In this document: positions 14,001 through 18,724 of the stretch, in pieces | How positions within the stretch are numbered: position 1 is the stretch's first letter | How the letters are laid out: every line of letters begins with the position of its first letter | DNA from: Candidatus Nanoarchaeia archaeon | GTDB taxonomy: Archaea; Nanobdellota; Nanobdellia; Jingweiarchaeales; Jingweiarchaeaceae | Assembly (NCBI GenBank): GCA_038874075.1 | Contig: JAVZDD010000003.1 | Location: forward strand, 25,488-89,487 | Direction: 5' to 3' | Length of the DNA: 64,000 bases | Notes under the pieces: generated by a model | Told to the model about the DNA's origin: nothing | The model's database searches: none | What the model saw: only the letters and a program-made list of their open reading frames with translations | Program-made: the position numbers and the translations under genes

Positions 14001-16404
14001 TATAAGTTTTTTGAGGAATATCCTCTGGAACTTCAAATCTCCAGGTTAAAATACTCTCATTCCAATATGGGATTGTACTCGTTGCTCCAATGGAAAATGG
14101 TTTAGTAGTGTTGTCCCAGAAAAACCAATCTAACTGTGTGTCACCATCCCACAAACTAACTGTAACATTTCCAGAAACACTCGCAGTGGTATTGTAATTC
14201 GCTAGAGGAACCGCGATGAAAGCAATATGTCCTCTTATTATTTTTTGGTCCTCACCAGTAGGAGAATAAATTTTTATATCTCTGACCAGGTTTGCATTTG
14301 TACAGTTTATTACTCTGACCGTAAGGATATTCGTATTTTCTCTGAATGCACCAGGATAAACAGATGAGGTTAACTTGAGCTTATATGTACCTGTTGCTGC
14401 GTCATTTGTGATGTTTAAAAGTCTTGTCTCGAAATAACACGCATCAGCTACACCATTTGTACAAGTTAAAGCAGCGTTACTTAATTCATTAGATACTGAA
14501 TGATCATTTGTATCCCCGCCCCAGTATGTCCAGCCAGCGTACGGTAAATTATTATATGTTGATGCACCTCCTGGAAGAAGTTGCAGTCTGAGAATCTGTG
14601 CTGACGATGCTGAGTCATAGGCAGCATCAACGACCTGTACGCTTACATTATAGTATTCTCCTCTACAAACAGTTAATGTATCCGTTATATTACTTGTGTC
14701 TCTCCATCTCCAAGTCCATTTTACATAATAATAGAAAATTGTATCAACTGCGATACTCCATGGTCTCACTTCTTCAAAGCTCTTAGCTTCTGAATCTTGT
14801 ATATAATCAATGTGTAATGGTCCAACTAAATAGAGCATCGGTGAGATTTGCGGCGTTTTATAAGTATATTCCAGAATTACATTATCAGATGGATTTTCAT
14901 ATTCCCATAAAATGAATTTTCCGCTTTCATTCTGTATTACGATTCCATTGGTTTGTGTTATTATGAAGTCATCCGGTATCGGTTCAATTATTTTAACACT
15001 TGAAGCGTTGAGATATGGTTTAATGTATATTTTCATTTTTGTTGGTGGCTCTGGATATATCACTGTCTCAGATTCCCGAAGTATATCGAACTCAACACTT
15101 TCACGAACCTCAAAGATTGTTTCATAATCAGCATCGACGTCTTCCCAAATAGCTCTTGCATAAATTTTGTAAATACCGATTTCTTCTGGATAATAAGTCA
15201 AGTTATAAGTTCCATCACCATTACTAATTATCCCATCATTTGTTGAGAATTCTTCTATTTTACCAGAAGGTGTTATTATTTTTAATGAAATGGAAGCATC
15301 AGGTACTCGATGACCATATTTATTTAGTACGCCAACTATTATCTTAGTTTCTTCACCTACTAAATAAATCGATTTTGGTGTGTTTATATTTACCAAGCCA
15401 ACGGAAAACTCACTCTCACTTAAAATTTTATCAAGAAGCATTAGTCTCAATTTGTATAAACCTGGTTTGAAATTTCTACTTGTATCTATCAAGAATTCTT
15501 TTCTTAATTCATTAAATCGAATCTGTGTTTCATTTCCTTCTGGATCAATTAGAATTACTCTTAATTTTCCGAGCCATTTTGTTATGTTTTCATTTGTTAA
15601 TATTTCAAAATTTATCTTTTCACCAATTTTAAAGGATTTTTTTGGCAGTTTAATTTCTATACGTTGTTCACCCACTTGTACCTGTTCCTGTTCTAAGATG
15701 CTCTGATTTTTGCTTATTTCTGTTGTTGTATCTTGCCCAGTTGCTAACCCATTCTGCGTTTCACTTAAAGAAATAAAATTTATATGTTCAATCGTAGAGA
15801 AGTTTTCGGTACTTGCAACAAATGTGTATTCACCACTTTCATTCCAATTGGCAGTTATTGTGAAATTGAAAGTATTTTCTGATAGATCCAGTTCTCTTTC
15901 AAACACACTCAAATTACTCGGAGAAATGATCTTTATTTTTATGATTGTTCCATTCGTTTCATTGACAATACCAAAAATAGTGAGATTTTCACCATAACTT
16001 AGATTAAGTTTATCTAAGATCACGATTTCCTGCCCACTTGATGGATTCAAGGCTTCACTAATATTAAGGATGCTGAATCCTGTAATACTTCCATTAAGAA
16101 CGATTAAAGATTCACTGAGCACAATTGCGCCAAAAATTAAAATCAATAAAAATTTTATTTGAGATCTCACCTGGGATTTTGCACTGAGCTTATTACTTTT
16201 GTAATTCATCTGTTCTTTCAAAAACCAAAGATGCCTGCCACTCGTGCTGATTCTATCAATCTTATCTTCTATCTGCATCTCTAGAAGTATTTCATGTACT
16301 CTATGCCAAGATATATTTAATTCCTCAGCAATTTCACCAGTACTTCTAGGGCTACTTCTTTTGAGAAGTTCCAGTATTTTTTCCTTGATTTCTTTATGAT
16401 TCAT
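1..16404 (-). CDS. Giant cell-surface protein, N-terminal 5468 codons (C-terminus lies beyond position 1): cytoplasmic wHTH-like domain, single TM helix, huge repetitive Ig-like ectodomain
   Basis: ATG at 16404-16402 with an in-frame TAG two codons upstream. Minus-strand codons fall on plus-strand triplets starting at positions 1, 4, 7 and so on. I found no tta/cta/tca in that register in any stretch checked by hand (1-660, 1601-1660, 2101-2160, 4721-4780, 5701-5760, 7981-8040, 12181-12360, 15121-15180, 16021-16404). The ORF track lists no complete minus-strand ORF between 714 and 16534, as expected if this frame never reaches a stop in the window. N-terminus: MNHKEIKEKILELLKRSSPRSTGEIAEELNISWHRVHEILLEMQIEDKIDRISTSGRHLWFLKEQMNYKSNKLSAKSQVRSQIKFLLILIFGAIVLSESLIVLNGSITGFSILNISEALNPSSGQEIV. 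Confidence 0.9.
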   Translation of the reverse strand, partial: MNHKEIKEKILELLKRSSPRSTGEIAEELNISWHRVHEILLEMQIEDKIDRISTSGRHLWFLKEQMNYKSNKLSAKSQVRSQIKFLLILIFGAIVLSESLIVLNGSITGFSILNISEALNPSSGQEIVILDKLNLSYGENLTIFGIVNETNGTIIKIKIISPSNLSVFERELDLSENTFNFTITANWNESGEYTFVASTENFSTIEHINFISLSETQNGLATGQDTTTEISKNQSILEQEQVQVGEQRIEIKLPKKSFKIGEKINFEILTNENITKWLGKLRVILIDPEGNETQIRFNELRKEFLIDTSRNFKPGLYKLRLMLLDKILSESEFSVGLVNINTPKSIYLVGEETKIIVGVLNKYGHRVPDASISLKIITPSGKIEEFSTNDGIISNGDGTYNLTYYPEEIGIYKIYARAIWEDVDADYETIFEVRESVEFDILRESETVIYPEPPTKMKIYIKPYLNASSVKIIEPIPDDFIITQTNGIVIQNESGKFILWEYENPSDNVILEYTYKTPQISPMLYLVGPLHIDYIQDSEAKSFEEVRPWSIAVDTIFYYYVKWTWRWRDTSNITDTLTVCRGEYYNVSVQVVDAAYDSASSAQILRLQLLPGGASTYNNLPYAGWTYWGGDTNDHSVSNELSNAALTCTNGVADACYFETRLLNITNDAATGTYKLKLTSSVYPGAFRENTNILTVRVINCTNANLVRDIKIYSPTGEDQKIIRGHIAFIAVPLANYNTTASVSGNVTVSLWDGDTQLDWFFWDNTTKPFSIGATSTIPYWNESILTWRFEVPEDIPQKTYTLKVEINQTNRPTLTYTKTFDIYQSEEGNLAPLIIFTTYPNRGTGDSGSRNYQRLSVCNFGDYNLTVNITVYPSGQSPSTAPTIIEGPSANTITASLVQWLNREIPTSSCFNATIQWVGPEEASADGQFVTEVVWVDPVTQSSQTITKTDTFISANAATGHSGSPDPFLNITEIGESSSATIQYAIRTGSATAGYVYVIDLWIPPGFNISRDSFSGGYTPDPGYPVGSMYEGWWIRWSRLGAFTNGYITTSTTIGGLVTISNIQTTIGSILQFAPGGKPWYQNLLGEAARNKGEWWTKNKRTITLLGPWIKTIRNYYDASSSQWLIGFPSSFGCGTFNVSFQVFNKGNQPGSNFNFTENKENLTVTHPQDLIFQNTWSSEGSPATINDSVKITWDNNINFQSPYGKPYSKYYNYTLNVTYQTNGTFRFQAIPLNGTLIYYNKPYIFSASCGASLNVSKPTTIPSTIYAGDVFNISSTIYNAGPGNASNVIVEINYTGKFEVRNSTNEISNLTYLGTIGPLQSRNAHTDYTYIVNTSGTTPGTYTFCIKANATENSTIVFNCKDVQVLAPPASIEMENATIVSNETGSSSGAWGFNFTFNITVRVSNSENNVSVCAWFSKTGSEPWKQVGNCQIYQAPGSGTGQWTNFTFEFDPDCEDIGSTVFAKFNATNDAGTTNSTTKTFTITKDKTIFEDVIGNNTETRRGKTTTLLALRVRDANGTLITNLPITFYVTLDGSIYDVGTSNTTNSSAYANYYFQAKCSPKYQVGNQKWKAVISGQACYEDNSTENYYNLSILVTGDINLDFQKPDGSTNYTQEQKIPFLGATTDDCGDPLSTNVKFYANHSTAGYECSPVSQVGANAYTCDWNTNVTTPKGWYNTTMYAEANYYYSNVSYRLISPGLFYLFPIYKLENPSVIPSSQGWGYKNWNFSIISSSGDTDSYEVKLLLAKGSPTGFTECSDCVNQTPLNCSYPDCINQTKYWYKNFTSQDVGTWFYMFSLATESTSGYDSFVIKKDNTSIEYVSGNNSYANLTQAATFKVRVKDLIADTYNLTPATTVYFNVSYDGIYNYLVNSTTTDTNGIATVTFTPNCNFNPGAQKWFAWISEDSAYYSNISENFTITIDVTGCEPQPTIVEALSPIEVFQYNNFTINATISSLVSTSNDVYVTLNAPSEWQVDNRTKYIGSIGVGELKKVKWTINATTYGNFSISIYVNNSLGNDDTEYVNPIVWGYKYLGCPNARLTLKGIDVTSKVCSLDGVIGNDFDNESAEAKVDPGESILLEWDCGAIEPRVADIKIFWEALNGTANAVIIGYGKKEWFTVASTQIVTENITMKPLGPLGPDVGLFNNGSCGLQLRNYGPEPLMIDYVNASIYMIERVVVTDVTYLRSDDTVNMVISIKNPFNEWYNDTLLSINITNWDGNVSYYENSTYLNLTPNSLINYTFLVNTLNMPHEMLVVNTTLNFSDGNSTTRFERFYNIPEQVYLTLNPRMCPGTSETLNVELEGIHADENTIINVSVSVPPGWDVSPGYLEYVIFTPEDIKFEFNITSPNNAENATINVSISYLQEFLEFNITKLYQLNVSNANHSVIEVIRETPTRVYPNGVFESALVLHNKGCAPINGNVILKEEIKPGWTPANPNLLGGLNFNSSVDLENNLVIWQIAGFDVNEYGVATYQVKAPTTIGATGNMKWNLNYENVDWDEPHEFHHLQTANYTNESHIEFDLALWQLPDFPWNEPRSLQPNYTYNASLIVRNIGDTQANNWTIYLPIPGICDVTQVWNGSWNSSTRTIEWNLSNLNVRNTTYLNFTINCSSEGGIVLNPYAIKDTRGTINYTDYPNYVCSGASCDKTIYHTLQSPNKNYQRIINGGINFTFNATGENLTISELSIKTETDDNVESLFFERNFFGSIYFEYETIYNLTEDQSWRFRQLQHPLYLHSYATGTYGANTTSNITKIYYTWLYGLLFNETQHLFMKVKEYSYAPLLENATLYVNGNPSLTTGGWGEQFNFSVMVKDRFGRNVTVYAWHKKGVEDYNLIGSWECVNCASWTQANFSYDYSHLNISDNWYFKFNATNVDGSTEIGGYNFKVEKDDIDVINITPSWNENINRSTPYNFTLEIYDRDNQTPATLLEFGKGFIQISQFGSNTTYKTYYPQSPVVNESGYMTQTMTLSDWCPTANNFYLGQNYWKGGAIDSSYYNNNLTEPSPYNALLFWLMGDLSNSTIQSFNQNFTRGQTIAFSGSVIDDCSVTQTDPSKFGLEFRMMQNGNVYGTCITTTGFSCQIETNSSFPYGWYNVTMIAFGKGENGNKYWNGTKNILNAFFLASNISLTNPQVQPHPEGSWEIKPFNFSLIVTSEDNQNVTIMLWLKNTTYNWFLENSTSCVNCNNFDYSYQKNFSCDNIDNWYFKFNASSVTGFSATTSETAFNVTKSAISINYVSGNNSQVNRSDSSENNKVNLTVQIWDLVTNNYTNVIDLSNVHFRVKANGYWLENENEEYKNETHYYREFNPNCSYTPGKKYWNVTVSGASCYKDNQTENFYIEIYGNLLNQIVLPDGSANYTKGENITFRGRVLDDCNQPVTGLESRIEFKIQSGSNVYYCKGVGNVTYDGNGYYNCTWNSSEAISGGWFNVTMNSWNDYYNNGTDLKTNAFFLRTPVVLSAAQVNPNPGGWGETFNFSVTVTHYANVNVCLLEKMTATSNYQITECKYIQNPSNTLVNFTRNYSCSDYQDAALKYYKFNASEPGEPDTYAETTESSHLLEKDDIDIIYIAGNNSQVNRSGTPTKFILFVNDTDAGIPAYNPSYGAAKIWFKVHNGTTYIIPGWNTTNSSGYVEYNFAPNCSYEAGNRNWYAYSSADSCYKDKNSDTFNVVIKGFLTPNVTFPNGQTYQREQYLTINITGDVYDECNLHYFAGANVNFTIKSVAFPGTNYFCDEINDLGNGTYNCTWNATDAVQGWYNVEMNASNINFYNNGSSTKNNAFNIVQVWQPPVLKNETVLPEQDWGWGENFTFKVNVSDANGENVNVSLWISPDNLTWQYVSSQICYDCGTEQELVFYYKGFTCDYIPTAYFKFNASDAHNTTDRAGIDFTLDKDDVVIEYVLGNNSQVNRSESTLLGVRINDTDNKSYVFSGVNVSFWVTFDQSNFDNGGINTTNSDGYVNYGFIPNCSYSVGQQYWKAGTVNNSCYKNVNSTQNYTLTIKGWLNNILIEPNGNTEPGGDNVYQQYSNVTFEANVTDECGIKISNGNVSFNVSRIGYETFACYANNYTDGYYNCTWNSTDLAGGLYDVKMFSYTENYNSNLTTYTNAMFIEVPPNLFGLNVSPSSVPWGVNINFYCNVSDRDDVVNVSLWVKKISDTSFTLKDSQNVTNPINTRVTFTESFSSSQIGEYEWKINVTDKYGQTNESFGGYFNITKRNVYFEYIAGNNTNVSRIGSNVTLLSVKVIDAVEPGRGISGPTGKLYVTTDQSNYILDSTTSAVSNYLNFSFNPSCSYAVNLQYWKIGFESDYYFANNSSAYFVNILSVLNSNITQPNGEVIAVGESLIVNANVSDDCGSVSGATIKQFNVMQDGSSYHTCNANDLGNGNYTCTFDTTGDPLGWYNVSFNVSKNFYNGTFVEKINAFQLRARSQLSGAGAHPSSEGWGYNFTLNVSVQDSDPDDVVNVSLWKAYNQNGPWIYLESKNCTNCLSENTLNFYPVFTCNDLQSGPIVYFKFNSSDNYNLTKTSSIFNITFQKDNVSFIVEQGSGITINREGINYGTFIVLINDTDKGIPVPQGLNGYFNFSYNTTPVWDSDHTNTTDENGRISYYGFDPNCSYSTGMQYWKLTINGGDCYETKEMTSWESYYLYGQLKNNLEKPDSLVYNVSDQIPIRFNVSTDCSDEGLINDVSSITIKLIHNQTGNEYSCTNINNEGNGWYNCTWNSTNKPEGNYSVRIETSRNYYNNNITIYWNRFWLENINPYYSNLIVTPSEGGFGDVYRYNVTIDDPENDTVVCKLYVNTTGEWIYKGSSTVTNGKGNCSITVNDFTCNDYLLQAENSFIFELNDSTNVINTTIASGPILHKDIVNVTYIAGNNTNVNRYGASQQLKLRIYDLNRSQPAINPNGTIWITNDSQNYNFAYVINGDSNGYLTLDFDPNCSYSVGKQYWKGGVTNDACYVEVNSTENYTVNVIGSLFNTVIQPDGEKFLRGDNVTIRANVTDDCNVIIDPVTVNFTTKSLKTNELFICEPVLSEGDGHYNCTFNTSSMPPKAYNLTMKTNKTNYNENITTLTYTTYGSNSFWIETKPELYYPNVTPQIGGWGETFILSVNVSDPDEDTDVVYFYKKQLTDANGNPVSDDWHLIGTSSGSSSTNRTATRTTTFNYQQQGNWSIMFFVNESVYESDVDLGNDTKILNITVEKNDVSIEYIAGNETTFNRVSENTTFILRVIDLDLGQSASGAKTSFWVTTNASDPNSWGPRIPGSDSNSTGHFYLYFPVGVNKCVYNVGKQKWKGGVYNDQKWKDANSSIFNVTITSEFTPKINQPIGPKNNPAFERGVDNIPLSGNLSDDANCGLVPGATVYFSVPSENAFYLATDTGYGNYTATILGGDTWNWNWGWHNLTMNGSKSYYADENSTYENAFYINHRPEFVEGSWSITPGSGEWGTTFTFEIKVKNFDGDNVTVYLWIRKSGGEWQLANQTTYYGPTP
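10560..12260 (-). repeat. Second block of the same module family (about 1.75 copies) in the giant ORF, separated from the main array by about 2.5 kb of non-repeat coding sequence
   Basis: Hand translation gives SSGAWGFNFTFNITVRVSN (about 12230), YFQAKCSPKYQVGNQKWKA (about 11700), SSQGWGYKNWN (about 11250) and VTFTPNCNFNPGAQKWFAW (about 10720). Spacing is again about 980 bp. Confidence 0.7.
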
Positions 16405-16488
16405 TAACTAGACCTTTTGCAGACTATCTGCTATAGGTCATTTTTCATTTTCCGTCCATCGTACGTAAAGTAATCTAAGAATTGGATT

Positions 16489-16496
16489 ATTTATAA
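16489..16496 (-). promoter_or_regulatory. TATA-box-like element (TTATAAAT on the minus strand) upstream of the giant ORF
   Basis: Plus strand atttataa. It lies about 88 nt upstream of the ATG at 16404 and 9 nt downstream (in the direction of transcription) of the 32-nt palindrome. No TSS data. Confidence 0.3.
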
Positions 16497-16504
16497 GCTT
16501 TTAC

Positions 16505-16536
16505 AAGTATTTGTACAAATATTTGTACAAATACTT
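16505..16536. promoter_or_regulatory. Perfect 32-nt palindrome (two tandem TTTGTACAAA cores); operator or terminator hairpin
   Basis: aagtatttgtacaaatatttgtacaaatactt. All 16 base pairs (16505/16536 through 16520/16521) verified as complementary. It overlaps the stop codon of the 727-aa gene and sits about 100 nt upstream of the giant ORF start. Confidence 0.6.
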
Positions 16537-18718
16537 AAGAAGTTTTGTTTACTAAAATTGTGATATTACCTGTATAAACATCAGCTACTTGCCCTGCTGG
16601 AACGAAAAGCCACCAATAAATTGGGATTATACTACCACTTTGTATGTTCTGTTGGAACAATATGAATTGATTCAAGAGTAAATTCATTTTTGAAGCAGGA
16701 TTTGAATTGTTTGCGCATTTTAAATTATTTACACTTATTGAACTTGCGCTTCCAATTAAATCTGTGTCTCCTCTCAGCCAAATCGATGTGTTCACATTTG
16801 ATTCAATGTAAACATTCATTGGAAACCCCTGAATTCCTGTACCACATTCTGTTTTCGAACCATCACTCGCATTTATTTCTATTCCAGTTCCGGTCACGCT
16901 ACCAAAGCAAATCGGATAATTTGAAAGTGTGACGCTTAAGAATTCTTCAACTATATTTACAGTGGTGTAGTCTGTTTTATTTGATTGTACATAGGGACTA
17001 TCAGAAACAAAATTAACATCGAGTTTGTAACTGCTCCCAACATTACCAGTGACATTCACGGTCCATTTTAAGCTGCAAGGTGGACTATTTAAATTTAAAT
17101 TTCCACATTCTTGTGGGTTTGATTCAATCGTATAGAAAGGTATTGCATATACACCGTTCCCCTGTACATTCGTGTCTGGATTTGAGTTTGATGTATTGTA
17201 TCTCAATGTACCATTTACTTTTCCACAAACAGCACCCTGTGGTCCAGCGCAGGTAACATTTGCTATCAATACAAAAGTTTGATTTTGTGCATAATTATTC
17301 GTTCCAGTTGGCGATATTAGTGTCACATTGAGATATCCGACCGGCGGATGGAATGATATTGAATAGGCCTCAAAAGTAGAAACCGTTGTGTCTGCTGTTA
17401 TTATAGAATCACCGTAATTTACATAATTAGTTCCATCAAAACTGAATGAACCAATGTCAAAATTACTATTTAATCTTGCACCGATTATGTTGATAGTATC
17501 ACTATCTGTTGGATTCGTGTATAATGATATCCATGCGCCAGTTCCAGCATAACTTGAAAAAGTAGTTGTGGAAGAAGTACATAGTGGTGAACAGGTTCTT
17601 TGGCTTAGAGTTGTACCAGTCGTATCTGTATCCCAAACCAATCTACCAGTAGAGCCAGATGGGTTCCATGCAAAGTCAGCACATCTTGCTGTTGCCAAAT
17701 CAACTGTTCCATCTATATTGGCTGTTATCGTCCATGAAGAACCATTCCAGTACATGGTATCTAGATCAGAGCCACTGTTGATGGAAACCGCCATTAAATC
17801 ATCACTAGCAGGATCTGCTTTTAATGTAAGCCATCTGGTATCCTGGTTATCCCCAGCATCCAAATCACCGATGTCTGCAACAGTCCAAGTTGAACCATCC
17901 CAATATCGTCCGACTACTGCACCGATAGTGCCAGTCGCGCTTATGACCATGCCCTTACTTCCATCTGATGCGTATTTTACTGCTATGGCTTCATATCCAC
18001 CCGTAGCAGTCGCAGCATCTGTTAATTCTACTCTATTACCCCAAGTGTTTCCGTTCCAAACCCAAGCATTTACATCACTACCCGAGGAATCAAAGCCGAC
18101 TAGTATTATTTCTTCGCTATTACTAACAGGTTTTCTATCTAATTTTACCCAACTATATTGAAGATCACTACCACCATTAGCACTATCATCATCTATACAA
18201 TATTCGACAGATTCTGAAAAGCTTGTTGAAGTTGCTGGCAAAATTTTGTAAGCCAAATCACAATTCACGCTTGTATTTAAAACACCATAAACCACTAATA
18301 AATCCCCAGTCTTTGTTTCGAATTCAATATCAAACCTTCTTGAGTGTGGTGTAGGTGCTGTGCTCCAGACTTGCCCAATGTTATTAGTGATAATCCATGA
18401 ATTTGTGTTGTTACAATTAGAAGTGCAAACATATGCGTCTAAATAACCATCATCACTTTGCGTAACTAAAACAATTTTTTCCGAGACAGGAGAATACTTA
18501 ACTATCACTTCTCTTATAGGTGAACCTGCTGTTGGTAATTCGATTTCACTTCCCCAACTACCAGCATTAGATGAATTCCAAAATCTGATTTTTGGTGAAT
18601 TTAATCCGTAGGTCCCAGTATTTGATCTATAAGCAATAATCGCATCCGTAGCGCTTACTGGTGACAGGGTGAAAGTTAAAATAAAAAAAGATAGCGCGAG
18701 AAGAAATTTTGATTTCAT
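16535..18718 (-). CDS. Secreted 727-aa protein: signal peptide, beta-propeller-like W-x-G-x-x-W repeats, Ig-like domain, C-terminal subunit-like domain shared with the 183-aa and 217-aa proteins
   Basis: ORF track. N-terminus is MKSKFLLALSFFILTFTLSPVSATDA. Recurrent blades end in FWNSSNAGSW, WVWNGNTW, YWDGSTW, YWNGSSW and FAWNPSGS. The C-terminus (EEFLSVTLSNYPICFGS...IYWWLFVPAGQVADVYTGNITILV) aligns by eye with ORFs 22315 and 23621. Confidence 0.85.
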   Translation of the reverse strand: MKSKFLLALSFFILTFTLSPVSATDAIIAYRSNTGTYGLNSPKIRFWNSSNAGSWGSEIELPTAGSPIREVIVKYSPVSEKIVLVTQSDDGYLDAYVCTSNCNNTNSWIITNNIGQVWSTAPTPHSRRFDIEFETKTGDLLVVYGVLNTSVNCDLAYKILPATSTSFSESVEYCIDDDSANGGSDLQYSWVKLDRKPVSNSEEIILVGFDSSGSDVNAWVWNGNTWGNRVELTDAATATGGYEAIAVKYASDGSKGMVISATGTIGAVVGRYWDGSTWTVADIGDLDAGDNQDTRWLTLKADPASDDLMAVSINSGSDLDTMYWNGSSWTITANIDGTVDLATARCADFAWNPSGSTGRLVWDTDTTGTTLSQRTCSPLCTSSTTTFSSYAGTGAWISLYTNPTDSDTINIIGARLNSNFDIGSFSFDGTNYVNYGDSIITADTTVSTFEAYSISFHPPVGYLNVTLISPTGTNNYAQNQTFVLIANVTCAGPQGAVCGKVNGTLRYNTSNSNPDTNVQGNGVYAIPFYTIESNPQECGNLNLNSPPCSLKWTVNVTGNVGSSYKLDVNFVSDSPYVQSNKTDYTTVNIVEEFLSVTLSNYPICFGSVTGTGIEINASDGSKTECGTGIQGFPMNVYIESNVNTSIWLRGDTDLIGSASSISVNNLKCANNSNPASKMNLLLNQFILFQQNIQSGSIIPIYWWLFVPAGQVADVYTGNITILVNKTS

Positions 18719-18724
18719 CTTTGT

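Noticed and set aside
201-15997. About 25 plus-strand ORFs of 60-108 aa listed in the track across 201-15997
   Set aside because: All lie antisense to the continuous giant minus-strand ORF. They are short and low-complexity (L/F/S/I-rich, as expected for the antisense of an N/T/G-rich AT-biased gene) and have no recognisable motifs. They are shadow ORFs.
17568-18161. 197-aa plus-strand ORF inside the 727-aa gene
   Set aside because: It is antisense to a gene with a clear signal peptide, repeat structure and paralogous domain. The locally higher GC reduces stop codons in the shadow frame. No motif support.
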